This document shows, one piece after another, positions 47,266 to 57,389 of a stretch of 64,000 nucleotides of DNA. Location: the NCBI GenBank assembly GCA_945873295.1, contig CAMCCS010000001.1, positions 19,469-83,468 of the forward strand. Reading direction: 5' to 3'. The notes under the pieces were generated by a model. That model was not told the DNA's origin, did not search any database, and saw nothing but the letters and a program-made list of their open reading frames with translations. The translations under genes and the position numbers were made by a program. The DNA is from an uncultured Clostridia bacterium. GTDB lineage: Bacteria > Bacillota > Clostridia > Oscillospirales > Oscillospiraceae. How positions within the stretch are numbered: the first letter of the stretch is position 1; each line of letters opens with the position of its first letter.

Positions 47266-48423
47266 TCATCCGGCATTGGCTTCCGCTTCTTCGCTTTCCT
47301 CGCAGATCGCCATCAGGATCTGCCGGTTTTTCGCAATATCCGGAACCAGTACACCGGATGGAATATCGTAGATTTCAATGATTTTGCTGCTGTAGGTCCC
47401 CTCGGCAGGGATCTGCTGGGAAACCACGTTTATATCCGCCACATAAGGAAGCAGCTCCACCGTGCATGTCAGAATTTCCTCATTGCTCATATCCGTCAGC
47501 ACATAGGGCAGCAGCTCTGTCATCAGACGGTGCAGCTCCAGCACGCTCATGCTCCGGCACGCATCGATCACGGAGTTGATGATCTTACGCTGGCGGCCCG
47601 TCCGATTGAAATCGCTGTCCGCCGGAGTCGCATGGCGCATCCGGGCGTAATACTGGGCTGCCATTCCGTTCAGACGGTTCATACCGACATTACAGTCATC
47701 GTAGCTGCGGTACTCCCTGGGCACTTTATTCAGATAGGCAGCTTCCTCCTGCGTCAGTTCAATATCCACACCACCCAGGGTGTCAATGATCGTCTCAAAC
47801 GCCTCCAAACCGATCTCGATATTGTAGTCCACTTCCACGCCGAACTGCTCCAGAATCAGCTGGTCCAGCATCTGCATAGCGCCCAGATCCCCCTTCCAGG
47901 CATAGCCCAGAGCATAGGCAGTGTTGATCCGGTTGTGTCCGCACTTGTGGCCCCACATATTCGGAAGCTTCACATACATATCCCGCATAAAGGAAGACAG
48001 GGTCAGGGTTTTCGTCTCCTTGTTCAGGGTACACAGGATCATAGTGTCCGAAAGCTTGTGATCCTCGCCCTCCCGGCGGTCCTGACCAACCACCATAATA
48101 TTGACAATCTTCCCGGTGACGCCGTAATCCGGCTGGGTGGGTTCCGTTGGTTCTTCTGTGGGCTCTTCCGTCGGTTCCTCGGTAGGCGCCTGGGTTGTCT
48201 CGGTTTCCTCCAGATTACCGATCAGCTCCCCGATCTGATCATCGGAGGGATCCCGGAGCGCTTCCTCGGGCCGGCGCACAAGGTCCAGCATGGAATGGAT
48301 ATACAGATAGCTTCCAACGCCCACAAGCAGGGTCAGCAGCACCACCACAGCCACAACGATCAGAAGGCTCCGCTTCCAGACAGCCAATGCTTTCCATTTA
48401 TCTTTCCATGGTTTATTTGCCAT
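47266..48423 (-). CDS. LCP family protein 2
   Basis: TM; (T)EEP linker repeats; NIMVVGQD, SFMRD, RINTAY, YARMRH, SDFNRTGRQR. Confidence 0.88.
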   Translation of the reverse strand: MANKPWKDKWKALAVWKRSLLIVVAVVVLLTLLVGVGSYLYIHSMLDLVRRPEEALRDPSDDQIGELIGNLEETETTQAPTEEPTEEPTEEPTEPTQPDYGVTGKIVNIMVVGQDRREGEDHKLSDTMILCTLNKETKTLTLSSFMRDMYVKLPNMWGHKCGHNRINTAYALGYAWKGDLGAMQMLDQLILEQFGVEVDYNIEIGLEAFETIIDTLGGVDIELTQEEAAYLNKVPREYRSYDDCNVGMNRLNGMAAQYYARMRHATPADSDFNRTGRQRKIINSVIDACRSMSVLELHRLMTELLPYVLTDMSNEEILTCTVELLPYVADINVVSQQIPAEGTYSSKIIEIYDIPSGVLVPDIAKNRQILMAICEESEEAEANAG

Positions 48424-48549
48424 AATATCCTCCCATAGGCTCTTTTCCCGGACCGCCCCATACGGCAGCCGAAATTTCTGTGCGCCATTATAGCATTCCC
48501 GAAAAGAAAAAACAATAAAAAACAACCGAAAAAACCTTAAGAATAAATA

Positions 48550-48587
48550 AAGGGGACTGCAAAGCAGCTTCCGCTTTACAGTCCCTT
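48550..48587 (-). terminator. Terminator after ferredoxin-like gene
   Basis: AGGGGACTGCAAAGC...GCTTTACAGTCCCTT with a T-rich tail on the minus strand. Confidence 0.65.
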
Positions 48588-48603
48588 GTGGTTTGCTGGA
48601 TAA

Positions 48604-48990
48604 TTATTTCTCCACGATCTCCAGGATCTCCATGGGGCAGGCCTTGGCGCAGATGCCGCAGGCGATGCACTTGGAGGCGGGATTCTCAGGCTTCAGCACC
48701 ATGACCTTCATGGGGCAGGCTTCCACGCACTTGCCGCAGCCAACGCACTTTTTCTTGTTGATCATGTACACGCCGGTCTTCGGATTCTGGGTAATGGCGT
48801 CATGCTCGCAGGTGCGCATGCACTTGCCGCACTGGATGCAGGTATTGGGCTTGGCGCCGGTTCCCTTGGCAACAATGCGGATGCAGCTGTAATCCTGGTG
48901 GAATTCCTTATAAAACGCCTGGGAGCATGCCCGGACACACTCCAGGCAGGCCATGCACTGGCCGTCTTTTTTAACAGCGAGTTTCTTCAT
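48604..48990 (-). CDS. 4Fe-4S dicluster ferredoxin-like protein
   Basis: Four CxxCxxCxxxC motifs. Confidence 0.88.
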   Translation of the reverse strand: MKKLAVKKDGQCMACLECVRACSQAFYKEFHQDYSCIRIVAKGTGAKPNTCIQCGKCMRTCEHDAITQNPKTGVYMINKKKCVGCGKCVEACPMKVMVLKPENPASKCIACGICAKACPMEILEIVEK

Positions 48991-49179
48991 TGCGTAGATT
49001 TCTCCTTTTTGTTTGGTTTCTCTCGAGACACATTATACATGCTCTTTCCAAAAATAGCAATGGGTAAAAGCTCGTTTCCGATATTTTTTTATCGGATGCA
49101 AGTGGTCATATTTACCAGGGTAAAGCCGGTTTTCCGGGAAATAATAGGCTCGAAGCCAATTACTATGGAGGTTATGATA

Positions 49180-49536
49180 ATGAAAAAGCGCTTTATGCTG
49201 ATTCCCGCGCTTGTGCTGGTGATGGTAATCGCCGCTGGCTGCCGCGGAAAAGCAAACAACGGGAATACGCCCAGCACCACCACAGCACCCACAACCATGC
49301 CCACTACCGCCGCAACCCAACCTACCTCCGCGCCTACCCAGGCACCTTCCACCCAGCCCACCGTGGATAACGGCAACGGGCCTCTGGAAAGCAGCGGTGC
49401 TACCGACAGTACGGACAGCACCAACAGTACCAACGGCACCGCGGCCGGTGAGGAAACCCAGGGTGCCCGGAGCCGCAGTGCCAACCCGGGAACGGGCGGT
49501 ACCGGAATCGGCGGCACCAACGGGAACATTCGGTAA
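49180..49536 (+). CDS. Thr/Gly-rich low-complexity lipoprotein
   Basis: RBS GGAGG; lipobox IAAGC; followed by a hairpin at 49554-49572. Confidence 0.7.
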   Translation: MKKRFMLIPALVLVMVIAAGCRGKANNGNTPSTTTAPTTMPTTAATQPTSAPTQAPSTQPTVDNGNGPLESSGATDSTDSTNSTNGTAAGEETQGARSRSANPGTGGTGIGGTNGNIR

Positions 49537-49592
49537 CAGATCGTATTACCCGCGCCGGGAGTTTCTCCCGGCTACATAGTGTTCTTCCGGAA

Positions 49593-50465
49593 TCACAGCA
49601 CCGAAAAATACCGCAGCATATTTTTATTGATCCGCTGGGCAGCATCCAAAGCCGCTTGGACATAGTTGTCTTCCCCGCCCTGCTTCCAGGCGCAGGTCAC
49701 GCTGGTGCCGACGCACACCGCTCCGCCATGGCCCAACCGGTCAAAGGCATAGGATGCCCCACGGCCATTGCCCCAGGGATAATCCAGCCCGTCCGCCAGG
49801 ATGAACATTTTGGGGTATCTTGTTCGCAGGCCCCGCAGGCTCTCCGGCGAACAGGCAGAGGTCAGAATCCCCACTCTGGAAAATCCGGACCGGCCCATAC
49901 AGTCCGTGCCCAGTCTGGCAGCCAGATCCGCCCCCGCACCGTGCACCACCCGGGAGCCGGTGAGAAGATCCTGCATCTCCGAAGCGGAACGGTTGGAGGT
50001 ACGCACAAGGACAAACAAATCCTTTTTGGCCTCCGTGCAGAACGGAATGAAGGGCTTCAGCACATCGCTGCCGGGATAGGCGGACACAATGGCTCCGTCA
50101 CAGGGATATATGCCATCCGCTTCCCACAGAGCCCGAACCGCCAAGGTCGCATCCTCGGAAGATGTCAGCAGGGGCACATCCAGTGCCACATAGTACCCCA
50201 GAGCGGCAGCAGACTTCAAAAGCTCCCGAAGTACTTCCAGTCCCTCCGGCCCCATGAGGGCAAAGGGAGACATCCGGAACCGCACCGCAGGCACCAGCCC
50301 TTTGAGCCCACCCAGCAGTTCTTTCACATAGTTCTGCAGCTTCCTTGCCCCGCTGCAATCCTGATTCTGGACGGCAGGCGGCAGATCCGCCGTACAAAGG
50401 GTCATATCCACCATCAGGACATTCTTCCCCTTCCGGATCTTTTCCTGCAGCCGATCAACAGACAT
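49593..50465 (-). CDS. Orotidine-5'-phosphate decarboxylase (type 2 PyrF)-like protein lacking catalytic residues
   Basis: PyrF-like scaffold (L..KI..K.N, VPAV, GYYV..D, Y.GSD..KPF, FVLVRTSN.S..E.QD), but AVK is AVR and DxKxxD is DVPLLT; RBS AAGGGG. Confidence 0.7.
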   Translation of the reverse strand: MSVDRLQEKIRKGKNVLMVDMTLCTADLPPAVQNQDCSGARKLQNYVKELLGGLKGLVPAVRFRMSPFALMGPEGLEVLRELLKSAAALGYYVALDVPLLTSSEDATLAVRALWEADGIYPCDGAIVSAYPGSDVLKPFIPFCTEAKKDLFVLVRTSNRSASEMQDLLTGSRVVHGAGADLAARLGTDCMGRSGFSRVGILTSACSPESLRGLRTRYPKMFILADGLDYPWGNGRGASYAFDRLGHGGAVCVGTSVTCAWKQGGEDNYVQAALDAAQRINKNMLRYFSVL

Positions 50466-50602
50466 CGCCCAATCCCCCTTTTCTGAAAGGTAATTATATT
50501 GTATCATATATTTTCTCCTCTGAAAAGACAAAAACCTTCCAGTTTTGAATTTTTTTGATAGGGCATACTAAAAACGCAGTCTGCGGGAAAGGAGGAAACA
50601 CC

Positions 50603-50785
50603 ATGAGTATCAAAGGATGGGCTGTCACTGCCGGAATCGGCGCGGCTGCCGGCGCGGTAGCGGTGCTGATGATGCCCCGGTCCAACCCCACCAGGAAGCT
50701 GGCAGCAAAAGCAGCCAATAAAGTGGAGGACGTTGCCTGGAAAGTGTCCGACACCCTGAACAGCAAGCTGGACATGAACATGTAA
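50603..50785 (+). CDS. Small YtxH-like membrane protein
   Basis: Strong RBS AAAGGAGG; G.GAAAGA.A.LM.P N-terminus; terminator at 50792-50824. Confidence 0.65.
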   Translation: MSIKGWAVTAGIGAAAGAVAVLMMPRSNPTRKLAAKAANKVEDVAWKVSDTLNSKLDMNM

Positions 50786-50791
50786 AAGCAG

Positions 50792-50824
50792 GCGCCTCCC
50801 GAAAGGTTTTCTTCCGGGAGGCGC
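50792..50824 (+). terminator. Rho-independent terminator
   Basis: GCGCCTCCCG...CGGGAGGCGC followed by AATTTT. Confidence 0.7.
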
Positions 50825-50857
50825 AATTTTCGGAATGGATGAAATCAGCAGGACGAC

Positions 50858-51024
50858 AATTTGGAATTTGGCACACTGGCGGCGCAGCCGCCCTTGCCTC
50901 TCCCTTTGGGAGAGGTGCCCCCGCAGGGGGCTTAAGAGGGCCCTCTCAGTCACGGCATAAGCCGTGACAGCTCCCCCATAGGGGGAGCCAAGGCGTTTTA
51001 AGGGAATTCGATAAATTACAATTC
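50858..51024. repeat. REP-like palindrome cluster with imperfect 13-bp flanks
   Basis: CCTCTCCC-TTT-GGGAGAGG, GCCCCC-GCA-GGGGGC, GTCACGGC-ATAA-GCCGTGAC, GCTCCCCC-ATA-GGGGGAGC; flanked by AATTTGGAATTTG / TAAATTACAATTC. Confidence 0.65.
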
Positions 51025-51044
51025 TTCTGTATGCCGCAGTATAT

Positions 51045-53378
51045 TTATTCTTCCGGTTCCACAATCAGGCAGTCCGCCATGGTGAAAACATTCTCCGCTC
51101 CGTAATAGAAGCACCAGGGGGGCATTTTTTCATACCTGTGGGCCACCAGCCGGAAAGCGCCCACGGATTCTCCCACAGGAAACACCACATCCAGCTTCCC
51201 GATCTCACGCTCTTCCGGACGGGGCGGGAGCTGCCGCTCCGAGAAAAAGCGCAGCGTCTCGGGAGTCTGCCCGACATACAGCGCCACGGACCGGGGGTAC
51301 ACCACCCCGCTGCGGTGATGAAAAAGAAACCCGATGGAAATGGAGCGAAGGCGCCTGGGGCTTTCCAGGCGGCAGTTCAGTTCCAGATTCTCCAGCGTCC
51401 CCCGCCACCGGCCATCCAGATAATCAAGACTTCCCCGGCGCTCTTGCAGCAGGTCGGAAAGGCCGTTTCCCCGGAATACCGGGCGGGAATCCAGCACAGT
51501 AGGGCTTGTGACCGCAATGTCTTTCAGACCGAACCGGTACTCCCCTGCCGCCGTTTCGCTGGCGGCCCCTGATTCCGAAAAGACCCGGGCTTTGATTCGC
51601 GTAGGGGTTTTGACGGGAATGGGAGCGGTATACACCGGGGACTCCGGTCCCGGCTCCGTGCCGTCCAGGGTATAGCGGATTTGCCCCGGATCCCGGGAGG
51701 AAAGCGTGACTTTTCGCTCCGTTCCCCAGGGGAAAACACTGTCCGGCGGGCTGAATTCCGGTGCGTCGGGCTGGACACCCCCAATATCACCGGGATGCGT
51801 CGTCTCCGGCTCCCAATCCTGGGCGGAGGTCAGGAAGTCCGCCGGGGACAGCTTTCTGCCCAGTTTTAGAACCAGTTCGCCGCTGCACCCCTCCAGGACC
51901 ATGCCGTCCTCTCCGGCATTCAGAATGGTTCCCGTGGTCACCCGCAGGCAGTAGGAAAAGCCCATGTGTGTCAGCAGGACAGTGTTCCCGTCAAGGCCCG
52001 CGTATTCGGCAAGCGCGTCAAAGGTTAGACGGTAATTGCCTTTCAGGGTAATTCCCTCCGGGGTCATGGTAAACTCGGCAATGGTCTTTCCTTCCCGCAC
52101 CAGGCGGCACCGGGCTGTCAGTTCGTCCACCGCTTCATAGACAGCCTCTCCCTCCGGCTCCTGCCCCTGGCTGTCCGTCAGGCGGATGAAGGGCCGTTTC
52201 CCGTTCCTTTCCATCTGGGGAAACAGAACGGGAAGGGCATCAAAGGTGCTGGCCCGGGCGGTCATGGGCCTGTCCAGATACCGGGAAGCGTAGTTGTCAT
52301 CATAGAGGAAAAAATCCCGGATGCGAAGATGCCCCCGCTCCCACAGAAATCCCACCCGGTAGCTCTGGCAGGCATACCACTGGCAGGAAAGATCTCCCCA
52401 CCAGTCCCGGGAGGCCTGGAAGGTCATGGGCATTGTCAGGCGGAAGCGGCTTTGATACCACCGGGCGGTTGCCTCCATGGGCTCCACCCGCAGCTTTCCC
52501 TCTCCGGAAAGCTCGGTCAAAAGATCCAGTTGGGGCATCAGGCCCGGGCGGATGTTTTCCCACAGGAAGTTGTTTTCCTGTCCCGCCTGGGCATACTGCA
52601 CCCCCAGGGTGTTTTCCTCCGTCAGGCACCGGAAAAACCACCGGAGCCACTTGGGGTCCCTGCCCACCAGCCAGCTTGTTTCCAGGGTGTACACTCCTTG
52701 CAGGGTATCGCGGACATCGGCCTCAAAATTATAGATGGGGTCCGGCCCGAGAAGCCGAAACACCGGAACCCGGACCTGATTTTCTTCTGCCCCTGCCGGG
52801 AGAAAAAGGTTCTTCCTGCTGGGGTAGTATATTCCGTTGGGCCAGCCGCCCCAGAGGGTAAAGCCGTCCACACCCATCTGGTCCCGGCAGATGGCGCCCG
52901 CCACCGTGCCGTACCGCTCCGCCGCGTAGGAAAGGGTGACAATATCCAGCACCCAGGCGCCGATGGAGCCGGGATATTTTCCGAACACCCCGTAAAAATC
53001 CGCCATGTAGGCATCCACAAGGCGTTTTCGCTCCTCCGGCGTGTAGCCGATGGAGTAGGCAGTATCCACCCGGTCGTCATAGTCCTCCCCCGCTTCCCTG
53101 CCCCGGAACCGGACACCGGCCCGGAGGCAAAGGGGCTGGGTGATCTCCCACCAGGCTCCCAGGGTATCCCCGGGGCCCAGCTCCCTTTGCAGAAGCGCCT
53201 GGTAGTTAGGTTCCATGAGGGCGTCGTACTTTACGGCATAGGTGCTGGAAAAGTGTGCCCGGCGGATGGCCTGAATCTGCAGGCGGAGGGTATCAAAATC
53301 ATCCTGGACAAACCGGCTGGGCTCGTAGTGGGACATCCGCACCACCTGATAAAGATTCACAACGGCAGTCTTTTTCAT
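51045..53378 (-). CDS. Uncharacterised carbohydrate-active-like protein with chitobiase/hexosaminidase C-terminal (Fn3-like) domain
   Basis: IRYTLDGTEP...YT.PI motif; discoidin-like C-terminus; N-terminal domain of unknown function; no signal peptide. Confidence 0.55.
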   Translation of the reverse strand: MKKTAVVNLYQVVRMSHYEPSRFVQDDFDTLRLQIQAIRRAHFSSTYAVKYDALMEPNYQALLQRELGPGDTLGAWWEITQPLCLRAGVRFRGREAGEDYDDRVDTAYSIGYTPEERKRLVDAYMADFYGVFGKYPGSIGAWVLDIVTLSYAAERYGTVAGAICRDQMGVDGFTLWGGWPNGIYYPSRKNLFLPAGAEENQVRVPVFRLLGPDPIYNFEADVRDTLQGVYTLETSWLVGRDPKWLRWFFRCLTEENTLGVQYAQAGQENNFLWENIRPGLMPQLDLLTELSGEGKLRVEPMEATARWYQSRFRLTMPMTFQASRDWWGDLSCQWYACQSYRVGFLWERGHLRIRDFFLYDDNYASRYLDRPMTARASTFDALPVLFPQMERNGKRPFIRLTDSQGQEPEGEAVYEAVDELTARCRLVREGKTIAEFTMTPEGITLKGNYRLTFDALAEYAGLDGNTVLLTHMGFSYCLRVTTGTILNAGEDGMVLEGCSGELVLKLGRKLSPADFLTSAQDWEPETTHPGDIGGVQPDAPEFSPPDSVFPWGTERKVTLSSRDPGQIRYTLDGTEPGPESPVYTAPIPVKTPTRIKARVFSESGAASETAAGEYRFGLKDIAVTSPTVLDSRPVFRGNGLSDLLQERRGSLDYLDGRWRGTLENLELNCRLESPRRLRSISIGFLFHHRSGVVYPRSVALYVGQTPETLRFFSERQLPPRPEEREIGKLDVVFPVGESVGAFRLVAHRYEKMPPWCFYYGAENVFTMADCLIVEPEE

Positions 53379-53393
53379 AGTCTCTCCTTATTA

Positions 53394-53423
53394 AAAATGC
53401 CGCATCAAAGGATGCGGCATTTT
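53394..53423. terminator. Terminator after Clp ATPase
   Basis: AAAATGCCGCATC-AAAG-GATGCGGCATTTT. Confidence 0.75.
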
Positions 53424-53427
53424 GAAG

Positions 53428-55713
53428 TTAATGAATGTCCAGCGTGATCGTTCCATCGGTCACGGCGGCATGAATGGTACTGATGGGAACTTCAAAGCTG
53501 TCGATGATGGCTTCGCTCACCGGATCCTCCAGCTGGCGCTGGATGGTGCGGCGCAGGTTCCGGGCGCCGTACTCCGTGGAGAAGGCGTCGTTTACCAGCT
53601 TTTCCGGCACCGCTTCGTCCCAGGTGATGGTAAGGCCCCGGTCAGCAAGGCTCTGCCGCAGCTCGCCCAGCATGATGTCGGCGATGGCCCGGAAGTCCTC
53701 CCGGCTTAAGTGGCGGAAGGTGATAATCTCATCCACCCGGTTCAAAAATTCCGGACGCAGGAAGCCGCGGAGGGCCTTCATGGTCTTTTCCTTTACCTGA
53801 TCCATGTCCGTCCTGCCGAAGCCCATGGCGCTGACACCGCCCTCGGAACCGGCATTGGAGGTCATGACGATAATGGTGTTCTCAAAATTGACTACCCGGC
53901 CCTGAGCATCGGTGATCCGGCCGTCGTCCAGCACCTGCAAAAGGATATTCAGCACATCGGGATGGGCCTTTTCGATCTCGTCGAAAAGCACCACGCTGTA
54001 GGGCTTGCGGCGGATGGTCTCCGTCAGCTGGCCCGCCTCATCGTAGCCCACATAGCCCGGAGGGGAGCCGATCAGCTTGGAAACGGTATGCTTTTCCATG
54101 TATTCCGACATATCCAGCCGCACAAGACTGTCCACACTGTCAAAGAGGTCGTTTGCCAGGCACTTGACAAGCTCCGTTTTGCCCACGCCGGTGGGTCCCA
54201 CAAAGATAAAGGACACAGGCCGCTTCTTGGGGGAGATCCCCACCCGGTTCCGGCGGATGGCCTTTGCCACCGCCTCCACCGCTTCGTCCTGGCCGACAAT
54301 ATGGGTTTTCAGCCGGGTTTCCAGCTGGCGCAGCTGCTGGTACTCCTGGGCCTTGATCTTGGAGGCGGGGATCTTCGTCCACATCTCAATGATCCGGGCC
54401 AGGTTTTCCATGGTCACGGCGGGCTTGGGCTGAGCCTCCAGCTTTTCGATCTGCTCAGCCAGCTGACAGAGCTTGCTGCGAATCTGGGCCAGACGCTCAT
54501 AATTCTGGTTCTCGGTGTCTTCGTTCAGCATCCGGAGCTCCAGCTCGTAGTCGTCCCGCTCCTTTTTCAGCTCCGCAAGCTGAGAGATTTCCTTGCACCG
54601 CAGATTTACGTCGCTGCACGCCTCGTCCAGCAGGTCAATGGCCTTATCCGGCAGGAACCGGTCCGTAATATACCGCTCGGAGAGCACCACACACTGCCGG
54701 GCGATCTCCGGAGAAATGCTCACGCTGTGGAATTCGGCATAGCTTTTGGCGATACCCTGCATGATCTGCACCGCTTCCTCAATGGTGGGCTCCGCCACGG
54801 TCACCGGCTGGAAACGGCGCTCCAGAGCAGCGTCCTTTTCAATGTACTTGCGGTACTCATTGAAGGTCGTCGCGCCGATGACCTGGATCTCTCCCCGGGA
54901 AAGAGGGGGCTTGAGGATATTGGCGGCGTTCATGCTGCCCTCGGCATCACCGGCACCCACCAGATTGTGGACCTCGTCGATCACCAGGATAATATTGCCG
55001 CACTCCCGGATTTCCTGAATGAGACTCTTCATCCGGCTTTCAAACTGGCCCCGGAACTGGGTGCCCGCCACCAGGGAGGTCAGGTCCAGGAGGAAAACCT
55101 CCTTGTCCCGCAGCTTATAGGGTACCTCCCCCGCGGCAATCCGCTGGGCAAGGCCCTCAGCAATGGCGGTTTTGCCCACGCCCGGCTCGCCGATGAGGCA
55201 GGGATTGTTCTTCTGCCGGCGGTTGAGGATCTGAATGACCCGCTCCGTCTCCACATCCCGGCCGATCACCTTGTCGAGCTTTCCCTCCCGGGCACGGCCC
55301 GTCAGGTCCATGCAGTAGCTGTCCAGGAATTTATGGCGCTTGCTCTTTTTCTTTGGGTTCTCTTCCTCTTTCCCGTTTTCCTTCCGGGGGGCAGGACGCC
55401 CTACATTGGGGTTACTGGGACTTCCGAACATCTGATTCAGCAGAGGAAAGGTCGCGGTCTGGCTGTCAATTTCATCGTCCTCTGCTTCCCCATCTTCCCG
55501 CTGGCCGAACATGCTGCTCATTTCATCGCTGAGCAGATCCAGGTCCTCTTCGGAGATCCCCATCTGCTTAACTGCCTGGTCAATCTGGGGAATGCCCAGG
55601 CTCCGGGCACATTTCAGGCAGTAGCCTTCATTCATGGTTACGCCGTTTTCCACTTTCGTAATGAAGACCACGGCTATATTCTTCTTACATTTTGCGCACA
55701 TTTTTGGCTGCAT
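53428..55713 (-). CDS. ATP-dependent Clp protease ATP-binding subunit (ClpC/ClpE-like, N-terminal Zn finger)
   Basis: CAKC...CLKC; two AAA modules, GEPGVGKT and GPTGVGKT; RLDMSEY, PPGYVGY. Confidence 0.93.
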   Translation of the reverse strand: MQPKMCAKCKKNIAVVFITKVENGVTMNEGYCLKCARSLGIPQIDQAVKQMGISEEDLDLLSDEMSSMFGQREDGEAEDDEIDSQTATFPLLNQMFGSPSNPNVGRPAPRKENGKEEENPKKKSKRHKFLDSYCMDLTGRAREGKLDKVIGRDVETERVIQILNRRQKNNPCLIGEPGVGKTAIAEGLAQRIAAGEVPYKLRDKEVFLLDLTSLVAGTQFRGQFESRMKSLIQEIRECGNIILVIDEVHNLVGAGDAEGSMNAANILKPPLSRGEIQVIGATTFNEYRKYIEKDAALERRFQPVTVAEPTIEEAVQIMQGIAKSYAEFHSVSISPEIARQCVVLSERYITDRFLPDKAIDLLDEACSDVNLRCKEISQLAELKKERDDYELELRMLNEDTENQNYERLAQIRSKLCQLAEQIEKLEAQPKPAVTMENLARIIEMWTKIPASKIKAQEYQQLRQLETRLKTHIVGQDEAVEAVAKAIRRNRVGISPKKRPVSFIFVGPTGVGKTELVKCLANDLFDSVDSLVRLDMSEYMEKHTVSKLIGSPPGYVGYDEAGQLTETIRRKPYSVVLFDEIEKAHPDVLNILLQVLDDGRITDAQGRVVNFENTIIVMTSNAGSEGGVSAMGFGRTDMDQVKEKTMKALRGFLRPEFLNRVDEIITFRHLSREDFRAIADIMLGELRQSLADRGLTITWDEAVPEKLVNDAFSTEYGARNLRRTIQRQLEDPVSEAIIDSFEVPISTIHAAVTDGTITLDIH

Positions 55714-55795
55714 TGCTCTCACACTCCTTATACCAAGGATTCTTTCCTTTTCCCGCAGTATAGCACACTTGTCCGAAAAAAGGGAAAACAAATTA

Positions 55796-56575
55796 TTAAC
55801 ACGGCGGGTCGCCGACACATTCAAATTGTTCCGCTCCGTTATCGTACCACAGATGGGTCATGTACAGTCCCCCCGCGGGCACAGTGGGCCCGGCGGCTGT
55901 CCGGTTTCCGCTGGCAAGAATATCCCCGATCTCCGCCGGGGCAATCTTCCCTTCCGCGGCGTAGACCACCGTTCCTGCCATGGCCCGGGCCATATTGTAA
56001 AGAAATCCGTTGGCGCAGACCCGCAGGGAAATGAGATCCCCCCGCCGCTCCACATCATAATAATATACGGTACGGACCGTAGACTTGACATCGGTTCCCA
56101 CACTTCGGACCGCCGCAAAATCATGGGTGCCCACAAACTGGTCCGCTGCCGCCTGCATCACCGTTTCATCCAGGTGCCGGGGATAGAACCAGGCCCGGTT
56201 TACATAAAACGGATCTTTCAGCCGGGAATTGTAAATGAGATAGGTATACTCCTTCCGGACGCAGGAGCCGATGGCGTTGAACCCTTCCGACACATCAAAG
56301 GCCCGGGTGACCACAATATCACAGGGCAGATGGGTATTGAGGGCATAGGGAAGCCGCTCCGCCGGAATGGTGGAGCTTGTATGGAAGTTGGCAACATAGC
56401 ATCTGGCATGGACCCCGGCATCGGTGCGCCCGCAGCCGGTAACGTGAACGCTGTGGCCCACCACCATGGCAGCCGCCTTTTCCAGGGTCGCCGCCACGGT
56501 GGGCAGGTCCTTCTGGACCTGCCAGCCGTGGTAAGCGGTACCTAAATACCGCAGAAAGAGGGCAATATTCCGCAT
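55796..56575 (-). CDS. truA: tRNA pseudouridine(38-40) synthase
   Basis: YHGWQ, GRTDAGVHA, GTHDF, FLYNMAR. Confidence 0.96.
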   Translation of the reverse strand: MRNIALFLRYLGTAYHGWQVQKDLPTVAATLEKAAAMVVGHSVHVTGCGRTDAGVHARCYVANFHTSSTIPAERLPYALNTHLPCDIVVTRAFDVSEGFNAIGSCVRKEYTYLIYNSRLKDPFYVNRAWFYPRHLDETVMQAAADQFVGTHDFAAVRSVGTDVKSTVRTVYYYDVERRGDLISLRVCANGFLYNMARAMAGTVVYAAEGKIAPAEIGDILASGNRTAAGPTVPAGGLYMTHLWYDNGAEQFECVGDPPC

Positions 56576-56582
56576 GGCTTCC

Positions 56583-57389
56583 TCACAGTCCGAAAGCGGC
56601 CAGCACAGCGGCTCCCGCCACAAGGCACGCGCCAATCCCCAGTGCCGTAAAATCGTTGCGGTGATAGCGCAGAAGCTTCATTTTGGTTCTGCCGTCTCCG
56701 CCCTGATAGCACCGGCACTCCATTGCCGTTGCCAGCTCATCCGCCCGACGGAAGGCGCTGACAAAGAGGGGCACGAGCACCGGAATCAGGGCCTTTGCCC
56801 GCTGTAAGATGCTGCCGGTCTCAAAGTCCGCGCCCCGGGCTTTCTGGGCGCTCATGATTTTATCCGTCTCCTCAATGAGGGTGGGGATGAACCGGAGGGC
56901 AATGCACATCATCATGGAAAGCTCATGCACCGGCACCCGGAGCTTTTTCAGCGGCCCCATCAGGCTCTCCAGGCCGTCGGTCAGGCTGATGGGTGAGGTG
57001 GTATAGGTCAGCAGGAAGGTGCCGGAAACCAGCATCAGGATTCTTCCCACCATGAACACCGCCCGCTTCAGTCCCTCGGTGGTGACGGTAAGGGCCCACA
57101 GCTTCAGGACCACTTTACCGCCGTCGGTGTAAAACAGGTTTAGGATGCCCGTGAAGATCACAATGATCACCAGGGGCTTCATGCCCCGGACGATGGATTT
57201 AAGAGGAATTCGGGAGATCCGGATGCAGCCCAGCAGGAAAATGAGCATCAGGCCGTAGGACAGCCATCCTCCCGCCACAAACAGGGCAACGATGTAGAGC
57301 ACCGTCATGATCAGCTTGGTTCTGGGATCCAGCCGGTGAATGACGGAATTTCCTGGGAAATACTGGCCCAGGGTAATGTCTTTAAGCAT
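56583..57389 (-). CDS. ecfT: ECF transporter transmembrane component T
   Basis: LDPRTK, ALRFIPTL, AQKARG, AMECRCY. Confidence 0.93.
   Translation of the reverse strand: MLKDITLGQYFPGNSVIHRLDPRTKLIMTVLYIVALFVAGGWLSYGLMLIFLLGCIRISRIPLKSIVRGMKPLVIIVIFTGILNLFYTDGGKVVLKLWALTVTTEGLKRAVFMVGRILMLVSGTFLLTYTTSPISLTDGLESLMGPLKKLRVPVHELSMMMCIALRFIPTLIEETDKIMSAQKARGADFETGSILQRAKALIPVLVPLFVSAFRRADELATAMECRCYQGGDGRTKMKLLRYHRNDFTALGIGACLVAGAAVLAAFGL

Noticed and set aside
48140-48190. Phase-variable tandem repeat in LCP2
   Set aside because: In-frame 12-bp (T)EEP linker repeats that are degenerate at the DNA level; an ordinary spacer.
55714-55800. CtsR/HrcA operator upstream of the Clp ATPase
   Set aside because: No GGTCAAA direct repeat or CIRCE seen; only an extended -10 box (TGCTATACT).
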